Source: a virus. From it: a stretch of DNA of 64,000 nt. Below the pieces are notes generated by a model that was not told the DNA's origin, ran no database searches, and saw only the letters and a list, made by a program, of their open reading frames with translations. A program made the translations under genes and the position numbers. Below, in pieces: positions 47,973 to 58,544 of this stretch; the stretch's first letter is position 1; each line of letters opens with the position of its first letter. The stretch lies in the IMG/VR virus record IMGVR_UViG_3300028025_000092; one strand, given 5' to 3'.

Positions 47973-50051
47973 ATGGCAAGTTATTTAAACGAAATTAAGG
48001 ACAATCTCAGTAGCGTAACTGATCCCAATCAGATACTGAACCGTGGTGTAGATAAACAAAGAACCTTATTTCTTAAGGGATTAAAATCAACATCTTCCGG
48101 GCAAAAAGAAGATCCAACTTATACTGGATTTAGAATAATGTTCGACATGGGTCATAATGGATTAGTAGACCCTGAGACTTTTCTACCTATAAGTCCTTTA
48201 TTTTCTAACGGAAGAAGCGGCGAAGGAAATCCCAAGATGATGAAATTAGACGGATCAACCGACTTTTTCCATTTATCCAGACAAAAAATGTATCCATTTC
48301 CTAACTATACGGAAAAGATGCACTATATGACTGCAGAGGGATACCTTAGACAAAGAAGAAGTAAAGCAGAGAATGGATTAGGCGGAAATTTAACTGATAA
48401 TACAGGTAGAGTTATAGCAGGAGATAGGAGTCAAATACAAGATAGCTCGATATCACACAGGGCAGACTCTTTAGTTGGATTTAAAAATATATTAACTAGT
48501 GTTAATGAAAAAAGTCCTTGGTTTATTCAGTCTATAGAAGGTCTTGATAAAGTATTAAGTGTTACCCCACCAAGACAAGTAGGAGGAGGATCTGGATATA
48601 AAGAACAAAGGTCTGGTGTTTTAACCTTCGATTGCATGGATTCTATAGATTTAAGAATTAATGCAATGGCAGAGCTTTATAGAAAAGCAACATATGATTA
48701 TCAAAACCATAGAGAATTACTTCCAGCTAATCTAAGAAAGTTTAGAATGTGGATCATAGTAACGGAGATCAGGCAAATAGATTTGCAGAAAAATTTAGGA
48801 GATGTTTTAAATCCTTTTAATATGCCAGGTGTTTCAAGTGCTGTTGAGTCAATCCGTAATATAGCAAGTTCTGCTGGTGTTTTAAAGAACAAATCTACAG
48901 AATCTGAAAACCCTAAGAAAGATCTAGATTCGTTTGTAAAGTCGTTTGAAAGAATGCAGCCTTATATTATGATCTATCAATTGGATCTTTGTGAATTTAA
49001 TTTCGACGAATCCTATGCATTTGGAACTCTATCTAATTCAAATACATCATCAGGATCTCCCGTAAAAAATAGATTTAAGGTACATGTTGGATCCGCTAAA
49101 GAATACAAATTACAATACAATATACTTTCGGATTTAATTAGAAATGAATCCATATTTGCTCCTATACTAATACAAGATAGCTGGAATTTGATTGGTTCTA
49201 AAATTTTAATGAAGAATGCAACAACCGATAATAACACAAATCTTTTTAGGAACCTAGCAAGCAACTTCATTAACAATTCTATTGCTTCTGTAGTTCAACA
49301 GCAGGTTTCTCCTATTGTTACCAAGGCACTTTTAGGTAACGCTTATGGCTTTAGATTATCGGATGCTGTTAGATCATTAAATTCAGTTCAGGATGCGGTT
49401 AATGGACTAAGTAATATAAGATCTCCTTTTCAGAATTCGACGCCTCAGGCTAATGGTCTTGGTGGACCTAGTGAAAGACAATATCAGGTAGTGAAGGAGG
49501 ATGTTTATCCAAATAATGCCAATCCGCCAGCAGGGGGAAGCCTTGGAAATATTTTACCCGGGGCAGGAGCTCCTGGGACAGTTGGGGCTAATGATGTTTA
49601 TCCTAATAGCCCAGGTAGCGATCTTGGATTACCTTCTAGGATTTATCCAAAGTCTGATGATGATGTATACAGAAACGTGGGAGGAGATTTTAGTAATAAG
49701 GATCTTGGGGTACCTGATAGAATATATTCTAATCTACCAAAGGATGATGTTTATCCAAATAGCCCAGGAAGTGATTTAGGCTTGCCAAAAAGAATATACG
49801 TATCTACAAAAAACGAGGATCTTTATCCAGATTCACCAGGTAATGATCTTGGAGTTCCTGATAGGGTATACAGAGAAAGCGACGGAGGCGACAAAGATCT
49901 TTATCCAGACTCTCCCGGATCTAGTTTAGGTTTACCTGATAGATCCTATCCAACTAACAGTGCCGATGATCAATATCCAAACTCCCCCGGAAGTGATCTT
50001 GGTGTACCGTCTAGGGACTATAAAACAATCAGCGAAAGAGTATATAAATAA
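47973..50051 (+). CDS. Putative tail/baseplate protein with C-terminal ~25-aa repeats
   Basis: Context between the hub and spike genes; DxYPxSPGxDLGxPxRxY repeats. Confidence 0.55.
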   Translation: MASYLNEIKDNLSSVTDPNQILNRGVDKQRTLFLKGLKSTSSGQKEDPTYTGFRIMFDMGHNGLVDPETFLPISPLFSNGRSGEGNPKMMKLDGSTDFFHLSRQKMYPFPNYTEKMHYMTAEGYLRQRRSKAENGLGGNLTDNTGRVIAGDRSQIQDSSISHRADSLVGFKNILTSVNEKSPWFIQSIEGLDKVLSVTPPRQVGGGSGYKEQRSGVLTFDCMDSIDLRINAMAELYRKATYDYQNHRELLPANLRKFRMWIIVTEIRQIDLQKNLGDVLNPFNMPGVSSAVESIRNIASSAGVLKNKSTESENPKKDLDSFVKSFERMQPYIMIYQLDLCEFNFDESYAFGTLSNSNTSSGSPVKNRFKVHVGSAKEYKLQYNILSDLIRNESIFAPILIQDSWNLIGSKILMKNATTDNNTNLFRNLASNFINNSIASVVQQQVSPIVTKALLGNAYGFRLSDAVRSLNSVQDAVNGLSNIRSPFQNSTPQANGLGGPSERQYQVVKEDVYPNNANPPAGGSLGNILPGAGAPGTVGANDVYPNSPGSDLGLPSRIYPKSDDDVYRNVGGDFSNKDLGVPDRIYSNLPKDDVYPNSPGSDLGLPKRIYVSTKNEDLYPDSPGNDLGVPDRVYRESDGGDKDLYPDSPGSSLGLPDRSYPTNSADDQYPNSPGSDLGVPSRDYKTISERVYK
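49593..50021 (+). repeat. Six degenerate coding repeats, DVYPNSPGSDLGLPxRIY
   Basis: Visible in the translation. Confidence 0.9.
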
Positions 50052-50093
50052 GGGTTTTAGAAATAGGGATAAATAAGGTAAAATATTGTTTGT

Positions 50094-50879
50094 ATGCCTT
50101 TAGACAATCTCCAAGAATCCAATATAGAAAGAAGCCAACATTTCCTTGGTGTAATCGTCGATAACAAAGATCCCGAATTTAGAGCAAGATGTAAAGTTAG
50201 GGTTTTTGGCGTTTTTGACGGTATACAAGATTCTGATCTACCGTGGGCTTTTCAAAGATTCGATATTTCTTTTGGTGATAGCGGCGGTTCAGGCAGGGTC
50301 AGTATCCCAAAACTTGGTGCTATAGTTCATATTCAATTCAATAACGGTAACTATTATGCACCAGAATACAAAGCAGTACAGGAGCTTTCAGCAGATCTAA
50401 TAGAAGAACTAAAAAGCTCTTATGAAGGGGCTCATTCATTAATTTATGATAGCATAGAGAATCTTAAAATATTTTACACAGTAGCAAAGGGGTTAACGAT
50501 AGATTTAAAAGAATCAACCGTAGTAATTTCAAACGATAATTCCATAACAATAACCCATGCAGGACAAACCTCAACCCTAGAATTCAGAGGCGGTAAGATC
50601 ACAGAATACGCAAACTCTGAAATTGAAAGTACAGCAGTTACTAGAATTAAGCAAAGCAGCAATGAAGTTTGGGCAGACGGAAAAACAACTAAACTAGGGC
50701 ATTCCCCCGTTTATTCTGCAGTTTTGGCTGAGCCTTTATGGATGTTTTTAAAACAACTCGCAGCAGCAGTAGATGCTAAAGTTCCATCATGCCCCGGATG
50801 TATGGCTACGTTGGCAGAAAGTTACGAACAGCTATCCACTTCTGATGTAGTTAAGATAACAAAGAGCAATGAGCAATAA
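50094..50879 (+). CDS. Baseplate central spike (gp5/gpV N-terminal OB fold)
   Basis: GVIVDNKDPEFRARCKVRVFG..LPWA..IPKLGAIVHIQF; GATAAATA at 50068-50075. Confidence 0.85.
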   Translation: MPLDNLQESNIERSQHFLGVIVDNKDPEFRARCKVRVFGVFDGIQDSDLPWAFQRFDISFGDSGGSGRVSIPKLGAIVHIQFNNGNYYAPEYKAVQELSADLIEELKSSYEGAHSLIYDSIENLKIFYTVAKGLTIDLKESTVVISNDNSITITHAGQTSTLEFRGGKITEYANSEIESTAVTRIKQSSNEVWADGKTTKLGHSPVYSAVLAEPLWMFLKQLAAAVDAKVPSCPGCMATLAESYEQLSTSDVVKITKSNEQ

Positions 50880-53800
50880 TTTAGAAAATCTTGAAAAGTG
50901 GGTTAAAGATTTTGAAAACGGTTCTATAACTGTTGAAGAATTGGCTTCTAGGTTATCTTCTATACCAGATCCTCTTGGAAACGAAGATGATATAATCAAA
51001 GTTGGGGAAGAAATTAATAACTCTCTAGAACCTGAAGATCTTGTTCTTACTGATGATGATATCAATGATATTATTTGTAAATACGAGGGAGAAGAGCTGG
51101 GTAATAGATTGATTTGGAGAATTTTGGAAAAATTAAATTTAACTGGTGATTTAAAAACTGATCCAGAATTTGATACCAATAATTCTTTTGAATCTTATTT
51201 TGAAAAACTTTCTCTCCAGGATAGATTGCAGAGGGCTAAAGAAATGCTTTTTGATAATTTAGATTTAGATATCTTAGGAATAAAAATAAAAAATCCAAAC
51301 TTAAAGAAAAGAAACTTTAAGATACTAGGATTTAATTTCCCTTTAAATATAATAACACTTAAAGGTAAACCCCTGTTTTTTCACATACCCCCTCCTAAAC
51401 TGAAATTGTCTAAAATATTAGAAACATTAAAAAATAGAATTAAATCTAAGAAAGTAAAATCCTGCGAGAAAAAAGGAACATATATTGATGAAGAATCTTT
51501 ATTAAAAAAATTACAGGATCTTCTGGATGACGAAAAAGACGAATACAATAATGTATTTGAGATTGCTGATGAATTATTTTGTGAACCTGCTATACCTATT
51601 AATCCAGAAACTGGCGAATCACTTTTTAATAAAACAGATTTAACCCAATTTTTGAAAGAAATATGTGAACCTGATTTACCAAATCCGGAGATTCCAGTAG
51701 ATCCTGAACCTAATATTGAAGACATATCAGATACCATTAATTCCTGTTTAAAACAAACTAAGGCCATCTTTAATGAAGTCAGAGAAAAAAATGAGGAGAA
51801 ATCCAGATTACAAAAAGCTGAAAAAGAGTTAGAAGAAGTTTTTTTTTATTATAAAATAGTTCAAAACTATTACCAAGAATTATATTCACAATTTGAAAAA
51901 AAATCAAAAGCTGGTAAAAAAGGAGATCCTTTAAACCTGGCTTTAAATTTAATTTTAGGATCCGGTGCAGATGATTACATAAAGAAACTAAATCAATTTT
52001 CTTCTAGGTTTGAATCTACTAAAAAAATAACATCATTAGGTGATAAGTATATTGGTATATCTTTTGGTATAAGTTTTCCTCACGGGTTAGGAAAAAACAT
52101 ACAGTATGAAAGGGTAAAGACTGAAGCTAATAATGATTTAATGAGTCAGGATTACCAAAAAGTTGATATTGCTAAACTACAGATTGGTATGGAATTTGGG
52201 AAGAACGGTGTTTTAGGGGGTAAAGACTTTTCTTTCTTTAAAGAGTTTGAATCATTTATAAAATTTAAAAATGAAAATCCTAAAAATAAATCAGATTACT
52301 ATAGCTTTGTTGGCGATATAGAGAACACAAACAAGAGCAAAGATCAAATTATCAAAGAAATAGAATCAGATCACGGGTTCTTATATTCTAATTTAATAGA
52401 AACATCAGCTAGTCCCTGGCTTTTCTTTACTGCACAGGAAAGAGGAGATAACGATGCAAGAAAGTCTGTTGATATAAAACCCTCCAAAACTGATAAAGAC
52501 GGAAATCCTAACAAAGAGTTTGAAGAATTCTGGCAGGATTTTAAAACTAAATGGGATCAAAAATACAATGCTAGAAAAAAAATAATAGAAGATAAAATAA
52601 CAGACATTAAAAAACTTTCGGATCCTCTTGTTGAAAAATTAGCAGACTATTATCTCACTGTTAACGTTTCTTCCGTCAAAAATAATTTAGATCTATTAAA
52701 AGGTGCATCTGACGAAATTAAAAAAAGAGTAACTTCTATCGAAGATTCTTTAATGTTAATAGCTGAAAAAATAACTAAGCTCGACCAAGAGAATTCCCCG
52801 GAAGGAATTTCCAACAGGGCTAACTCAATAAGTTGTGCTAACAAGGAGGAAGAAAAATGTCCAACAGTATGCTGTGGACCTGCTGGACAAAGCGTGAAGC
52901 TTAGTGATACATGTGCTTCACACAGATCTCCTGATTGCCCAAATCTTTTTACCAAGTGCTATTGGAAAGAATTTTCCAAAAATCTAAATAAAGTTGGGCT
53001 ACTTCCACTTCCTGCTGGATTACCCCCTATAGAAAATCCAGCTCAATTTCTACCTGATTTAGGATTAAAATATTGGCCAGTAGGATACCTCCCGCCCTCT
53101 TTCATTCCTCTTCCTCCGCCAATAGTTAATCCATTGGATGGCCTGCCTTTTATTAGAATCCCTATGCCCATGGTTTGGACTAAAGTTGATCCCATAGTGA
53201 TTCCTATAGGAATTGGGGTGATTGTTATATTCGTTCCGTTCATTGGTGGATTTATGCCAAGTCCTTTGGTTTTCTTTCATGATTTTTTAAGTGGCAATAG
53301 CATGTTTCTGCTAGGTCTTAGGGGATTTAGATTCATTCCCCGTAAATCGGATCCGGTTTCTAGGGATCCTTTGGAAAATTACAAGAAGATGCTTTCTAGG
53401 GGAATACCTAATTATCTTTTCCCATTTTCTAACTTAGGAAAAGATGATGTTGATAATCCGAAGAGGATTTTTGGCGAAGTGATTTCAAATCTTGAAAAAA
53501 GACTTGCTAATTACAGCAATCCTATAAACATGGAAAAAATCCAAAAGATTCAAAATAGAATAACAAAAAAGAAAGAGGAAGCGCAAACTAAAATCTTGGA
53601 AAAGAAAAGAAAAATGGCTTTAGAGGGGGGTGACATTAAGAAGGAAAAAGAGGAGATAGAAAAATTTTTAAAATCTATAGATGGTGAAAAAATTGAAGCC
53701 CTAAAGGATATTATAAAAGAATACTTAACAGGAGCCGTAGACATTCCCGATATACAATTCCCTAAGAAATCTAAAAATTTATTGGTTGATCTACCACAAC

Positions 53801-55173
53801 CCATAAAAGCGTTAAGAGATTTAGATGCCAAAAGAAAGCTTGGGGTTATACCAGACAAGATACCAAAAATTAATCTTTTGTCACGAATTCTTAGAGGTGT
53901 TGATTCTATAAAAATTCCTACTCCAAAGGAACTCGACGAATTAAACAAAAATCTGCCTAACAATTCTAAGATAGTTGCTAGGTTTGATAACAAGTTAAAG
54001 GATCTTGCTAATTCCCCAGAGGACGTAAAAAAGTTAGAGGACTTAATTAAGAAAAGTGCTGTTGATCTTCTAGAGGGGGATAACTCACCTCTTAGTAGTA
54101 AAAAATTACTTTCGTTTAAAGCTAAAATAACTCCTGCCCCAAGAATTGGGGGTGCAGGGGTTCCTTTACCGTCGGGCTTGGAAGAAATACCAAATCCTGT
54201 AATTTCGCAATTAAAAAGTTTTATATCTAGCAATATAAAACTAAATACAGATCAGCTATCATCTTTGGTGGGTAATTTATCAATTGCTGATAATAAAATT
54301 ATAAGACAAAGAGATCTTAAAATGATTACAAAAAACGTGATCAATTCGTCATTGTCAAAATTTCCAGTTGATTTAAAAAACTTTTCTATACCAGACCCTG
54401 CAAGCATGAAAGCCATGCTAAAATCCTTTACTAGTTTGGCATCCTCATTAAACCTCCCTGCCATTCCCCCAAAGAAGAGCGCATCTCCAATATCACCTAT
54501 CGGCCCCGGAGGAATTCCTCCTATTATAATTCCTGGTAAGGTCATTAGTAATTTTTTAGTTGATAATGCAATGTCTACAATAAACGTAGAAATGCTTACC
54601 AAGTTATTACCCGGAGTGCTTGAAAATTTTGAAAATCTGTCGGATACTGATATAAAGATGATGTCTGATAATATCATTAAGAATTTTGCTAAGAAAGCTA
54701 AAATTCCTGTTTTAGATTCTATCCCTAAAATACCTATTCCTGCAAGAAATCAAGATTATATAGAATTTACTATGAATTTCTTGCCAACCCATCCTTTTTC
54801 GGACATAGCATTTACTTTATTATGGGACAAATTTAAAACTCCTCCTAGGATACCAATACCTGGAGAATTCCTTGATGTGTATCTAAGAATACAGGATTCT
54901 ATATTTTCCAAATTGCCTTGGCCTGTTGTAGTTGTTTTAGGTAGAAATTTAATTAATATATTAAATCCCCTATGGAACAATGAGGATATTCCCCGCTGGG
55001 ATAGAATGAATTTAAAAAATCCATTTTATGTTGTTTTCATGGACGAATTTTTAAGATCTGCTGTTGATATCTCGGGAGGATTCAAATTCTTTGCAGGCGC
55101 GGGAAAATTATTTTATCCCCTCCCAGATTCTGAAATCTATTTGGGGTTTGGTACTAAGATTAACATAAACTAA
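50869..55173 (+). CDS. Very large hypothetical protein (1434 aa) in the baseplate module
   Basis: Overlaps the spike gene; coiled coils plus a Cys cluster and Pro-rich hydrophobic segments. Confidence 0.7.
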   Translation: MSNNLENLEKWVKDFENGSITVEELASRLSSIPDPLGNEDDIIKVGEEINNSLEPEDLVLTDDDINDIICKYEGEELGNRLIWRILEKLNLTGDLKTDPEFDTNNSFESYFEKLSLQDRLQRAKEMLFDNLDLDILGIKIKNPNLKKRNFKILGFNFPLNIITLKGKPLFFHIPPPKLKLSKILETLKNRIKSKKVKSCEKKGTYIDEESLLKKLQDLLDDEKDEYNNVFEIADELFCEPAIPINPETGESLFNKTDLTQFLKEICEPDLPNPEIPVDPEPNIEDISDTINSCLKQTKAIFNEVREKNEEKSRLQKAEKELEEVFFYYKIVQNYYQELYSQFEKKSKAGKKGDPLNLALNLILGSGADDYIKKLNQFSSRFESTKKITSLGDKYIGISFGISFPHGLGKNIQYERVKTEANNDLMSQDYQKVDIAKLQIGMEFGKNGVLGGKDFSFFKEFESFIKFKNENPKNKSDYYSFVGDIENTNKSKDQIIKEIESDHGFLYSNLIETSASPWLFFTAQERGDNDARKSVDIKPSKTDKDGNPNKEFEEFWQDFKTKWDQKYNARKKIIEDKITDIKKLSDPLVEKLADYYLTVNVSSVKNNLDLLKGASDEIKKRVTSIEDSLMLIAEKITKLDQENSPEGISNRANSISCANKEEEKCPTVCCGPAGQSVKLSDTCASHRSPDCPNLFTKCYWKEFSKNLNKVGLLPLPAGLPPIENPAQFLPDLGLKYWPVGYLPPSFIPLPPPIVNPLDGLPFIRIPMPMVWTKVDPIVIPIGIGVIVIFVPFIGGFMPSPLVFFHDFLSGNSMFLLGLRGFRFIPRKSDPVSRDPLENYKKMLSRGIPNYLFPFSNLGKDDVDNPKRIFGEVISNLEKRLANYSNPINMEKIQKIQNRITKKKEEAQTKILEKKRKMALEGGDIKKEKEEIEKFLKSIDGEKIEALKDIIKEYLTGAVDIPDIQFPKKSKNLLVDLPQPIKALRDLDAKRKLGVIPDKIPKINLLSRILRGVDSIKIPTPKELDELNKNLPNNSKIVARFDNKLKDLANSPEDVKKLEDLIKKSAVDLLEGDNSPLSSKKLLSFKAKITPAPRIGGAGVPLPSGLEEIPNPVISQLKSFISSNIKLNTDQLSSLVGNLSIADNKIIRQRDLKMITKNVINSSLSKFPVDLKNFSIPDPASMKAMLKSFTSLASSLNLPAIPPKKSASPISPIGPGGIPPIIIPGKVISNFLVDNAMSTINVEMLTKLLPGVLENFENLSDTDIKMMSDNIIKNFAKKAKIPVLDSIPKIPIPARNQDYIEFTMNFLPTHPFSDIAFTLLWDKFKTPPRIPIPGEFLDVYLRIQDSIFSKLPWPVVVVLGRNLINILNPLWNNEDIPRWDRMNLKNPFYVVFMDEFLRSAVDISGGFKFFAGAGKLFYPLPDSEIYLGFGTKININ

Positions 55174-55195
55174 AAATATCTAAAACAAAAAAAAA

Positions 55196-56320
55196 ATGGC
55201 TAAGCAAAGACTTTACACAAGGGATGAGTATTCTCCGGAGGAAAGAGCTGTTATGGATGCCCTTTATGAAGGGCACTTTAAAAGTAATTTTACCGATAAT
55301 AATATCAAATCTTATTCTAAGGAGCTAGAAGAAAATCAAGTATTAAGTGTTAAAATCACACAGATAAGAGGAAGCAGTGCAATAGGGGAAACCCTAACAG
55401 GTCAATCTGTTTCTATCGATTTATCTAAAGAGGAAAAAGCAATTCGTAGATTAGGATTTCCAGCAATTGCTGTTCAAGAAGGAACGCAATTAGATGTGGT
55501 TATTTTTAAAGACAAATCTGGATCATACAATGGTTCATTGGCGGCTGGGTATGAAAATTCGTTGAAAAATGAATTATTAGCATCAATCAAAGACGAAAAT
55601 ACTGCATATACAGTTAGAATAGATTCAACCTGTCCTGGTGGATTTATGGTAAATCTTTCTGGAATCAAGTGTTTCCTTCCAGGATCACTAGCAGCAGCAA
55701 ATAGAATTATAGATTTTCAATCTTTTGTTGGCAGAACAATAAATGTTATGATTGAAACTTATGACGAAAAGAGAGACATTTTTGTTGTATCGTTTAAAAA
55801 GTATCTAAGACATATTATAGATGCTAAGGTTGAGGAATTATCTTTAACCCAAAAATATACTGGAACTGTTACAGGAACATCTAATGCAGGTGTATTTGTT
55901 GAATGGGACGAGTATTATACTGGTTTAATTCCTGCAGAGGAATTCGAGAATAATGGCCTTAAAATGGATTTAAATGCGGGAGGAAGCGTATCATTCTATG
56001 TTTCTGACTTTAGAAATCCTAACAGAATAGTTTTAAGATTAAACCCACCTGATGATAAAGATAGGGAATTACAGGAACTTAGAGACGTTTCTTTATTAGA
56101 AGATAAAGAAAATAAAATATATAGAGGGACAGTAACCAAAGTTAAAGGTTTTGGAGTTTTTGTAAAACTTGAAAACGGAATAGTTGGACTAGTCGAAAAG
56201 GACTATTTAGCAGGAAATCCAAAAGACTATGAGGTTGGTTCAGAAATGGCCTTCACAGTCTTGGACGTAGAGCTACAGAGTTCAAAACTCTATTTAAAAG
56301 AAAAAATTGAAAATACTTGA
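55196..56320 (+). CDS. Multi-S1-domain RNA-binding protein (ribosomal protein bS1-like)
   Basis: GGFMVNLSGIKCFLPGS, YTGTVTGTSNAGVFVE..GLI and YRGTVTKVKGFGVFVKL..GLV. Confidence 0.85.
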   Translation: MAKQRLYTRDEYSPEERAVMDALYEGHFKSNFTDNNIKSYSKELEENQVLSVKITQIRGSSAIGETLTGQSVSIDLSKEEKAIRRLGFPAIAVQEGTQLDVVIFKDKSGSYNGSLAAGYENSLKNELLASIKDENTAYTVRIDSTCPGGFMVNLSGIKCFLPGSLAAANRIIDFQSFVGRTINVMIETYDEKRDIFVVSFKKYLRHIIDAKVEELSLTQKYTGTVTGTSNAGVFVEWDEYYTGLIPAEEFENNGLKMDLNAGGSVSFYVSDFRNPNRIVLRLNPPDDKDRELQELRDVSLLEDKENKIYRGTVTKVKGFGVFVKLENGIVGLVEKDYLAGNPKDYEVGSEMAFTVLDVELQSSKLYLKEKIENT

Positions 56321-57770
56321 TCAAAATTTTTATTACGCAGCTCAAATAGGATTCGAGTTTGAATTCATGTCGTCCTTTACTAGAGACGAAATTGCAGACA
56401 AAATTGGGGAAGATTTAGGGAAAAAAGTTAAGGTATTTAGAAAATACCACTCTAAATTTTCCCCAACTCGTGATATTTTTAAGCTAGAGCCTGATTTTTC
56501 GGGAGGTTTAAAAATGGTAGAGTTAATTACCGGTCCTATGGATTATTTCGAAGCTATTCCGGTTTTAATCAGAATTCTTAAATGGATAGACGAAAATGGA
56601 TACACCACAGAAAAATCCGCACTTCAATTTGGTCTAAGTTTCGATAGATTAAAATATCCTTCTCTGGTTGATTTTAAAGAACTGAATCCCCTAAAATTCG
56701 TTTTGGGATTTGATGAAGAGTTTATTTGGAGCAGATTTCCAGAAAGAAGAGGATCCTTATACGCTAAATCAATTAAAAGAATTTCTCCCTCTAACAAGTT
56801 TATCAGGGGGTATAAAAATGTTTTAGGCGACAGAAATGCTTATAAGGTCTATACTGAAAAAAATATGGGCGTGAATCTAACTAAGTTAGAGCAAGGTTAC
56901 ATGGAGGTTAGATATATGGGGGGTACGGATTATCAGAAAAAGTATTCGGAGATAAAAGAAGTTATAGATTACACTATCAGTCACACATTTAATTCACTTT
57001 TAAGTAATGACACATTAAACCAGAAAGAAACCGCTGCTCTTAGCGAACTAATTTCTAATGTTTATAAGGAAACTGAAAGTTTTATTGATGCTGAATCCTT
57101 TATGAGAAATTATCCTAATTTCCACGTAAGTGTAGATTTAAGAGAGGATTTACAAATAATTAAAACTTATTTTAATGAGGTCAGAAATATTCTTTATAGT
57201 TTAATAGTTGAAAATTCAGTAACAGAGGGATTTTTAAATTATGACACTCAAATAGCTAAGTATCAATTAAAAGATGCAGTTACCAATAGAGCTAATATGA
57301 TAAAAGACCTAGATTTAATTGAATGTGAGATAGAGGGTAATATTGGAAGATGTAGATTATTTGGATGTACTCTAAATAACTGTCAAATAGAGGATTCACA
57401 ATTAGTTATGAATAATGACATAAAAGAGTCTAAAATAATAGATTGTGATTTAAGTTTTAGCAACAAAATAATAAACTCCTATATAGACTCAAAAGACAGA
57501 GAAATCAGCTGCGAGGTAGAAGCAGGAGTAATTAGATCTGGTTACATTACAAATCTAGCTGAGGTATCGAAAGAAACCGAAATCATTAATAATAACGCAG
57601 ATGCAAAAGGGAAAGATAAAGGAAAAGGAAAGGGCGGTAAAATGCTAATTACTTCAGTATTTCCCGATAGAAATGATGACGGACAGATAAGACCGAACGG
57701 ACCCTTCAGCAATCTAAACACAGGCAAACCTAGTTTTTCGATAAATAGATTGTTTAAAAATAACAACTAA
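56307..57770 (+). CDS. Amidoligase (COOH-NH2 ligase)-like protein with a beta-helix-like C-terminus
   Basis: IGFEFEF, LEPDFS, ELITGP and YMEVRY; C-terminal C/I-rich pentapeptide-like repeats. Confidence 0.65.
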   Translation: MKILDQNFYYAAQIGFEFEFMSSFTRDEIADKIGEDLGKKVKVFRKYHSKFSPTRDIFKLEPDFSGGLKMVELITGPMDYFEAIPVLIRILKWIDENGYTTEKSALQFGLSFDRLKYPSLVDFKELNPLKFVLGFDEEFIWSRFPERRGSLYAKSIKRISPSNKFIRGYKNVLGDRNAYKVYTEKNMGVNLTKLEQGYMEVRYMGGTDYQKKYSEIKEVIDYTISHTFNSLLSNDTLNQKETAALSELISNVYKETESFIDAESFMRNYPNFHVSVDLREDLQIIKTYFNEVRNILYSLIVENSVTEGFLNYDTQIAKYQLKDAVTNRANMIKDLDLIECEIEGNIGRCRLFGCTLNNCQIEDSQLVMNNDIKESKIIDCDLSFSNKIINSYIDSKDREISCEVEAGVIRSGYITNLAEVSKETEIINNNADAKGKDKGKGKGGKMLITSVFPDRNDDGQIRPNGPFSNLNTGKPSFSINRLFKNNN

Positions 57771-57773
57771 GTA

Positions 57774-58544
57774 ATGAACACCACAGAAGATCAGTTGATA
57801 CAAGAGGTTAAGGACGATATTTCTCACTCATGTGCCCTACCATATGCCTTAAACGATGGGGAGATAAAAAGAATTATAAAAAGAGCTAAGGCTTATTTTT
57901 ATGATAACTATCAATATGCGGTTGAAGATAAGATAATGGTATTACCCGCTGTAATATTTGCAGGCCCACAATTTAGAGCAACAAGACAGGTCCAACTTCC
58001 TGAGTGTGTGGTAAGTGTATGGGACGTGAGAGAGGTTGGTGGTGCCGGACTAGTAGGTACACCAGACAGAGATTTTGGAGACAGTAAATTGCTAGGCTCA
58101 GAATTAATGCTAAGTCCTTTCGTTGGTGATAATTTAGTTTACAGAACAGTATTATATTCATTTTTTGATTTAGCAAAAGCATATCTATTAGAGACCTTTG
58201 CTTTTAATTACAATAAAAATACCAAGAGATTAACAATAAACGGTAGAGATCCTAATAGAACAACATCTACCGGATTAACTATGGGAGGTAGAGACGTTGG
58301 GGTTAGAGCATTTATTGCAATTCCGGAGGAGAATCTCTATTCCGATGAACTTTTTGTCAGATATGTTTTAGCCGAAGCTAAAATCAATATAGGTAGACTT
58401 TTAGGAACATTTGGGTATCAATTACCTGGTGGAGTAACCATAAATGCTGCTGCTATTCAATCTATAGGACAGGCAGAGAAAGCAGAGGTTATGGAAATGA
58501 TTAAAAGCGAAAACACTCCTAGCTATTTCTTGCAGTGGAATTAA
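57774..58544 (+). CDS. Neck protein (T4 gp13-like)
   Basis: QLPGGVTINA..AEK C-terminal motif; GATAAATA at 57740-57747. Confidence 0.75.
   Translation: MNTTEDQLIQEVKDDISHSCALPYALNDGEIKRIIKRAKAYFYDNYQYAVEDKIMVLPAVIFAGPQFRATRQVQLPECVVSVWDVREVGGAGLVGTPDRDFGDSKLLGSELMLSPFVGDNLVYRTVLYSFFDLAKAYLLETFAFNYNKNTKRLTINGRDPNRTTSTGLTMGGRDVGVRAFIAIPEENLYSDELFVRYVLAEAKINIGRLLGTFGYQLPGGVTINAAAIQSIGQAEKAEVMEMIKSENTPSYFLQWN

Noticed and set aside
49593-50021. Diversity-generating retroelement TR/VR pair
   Set aside because: Differences between units are not adenine-specific and no reverse transcriptase is present in the window.
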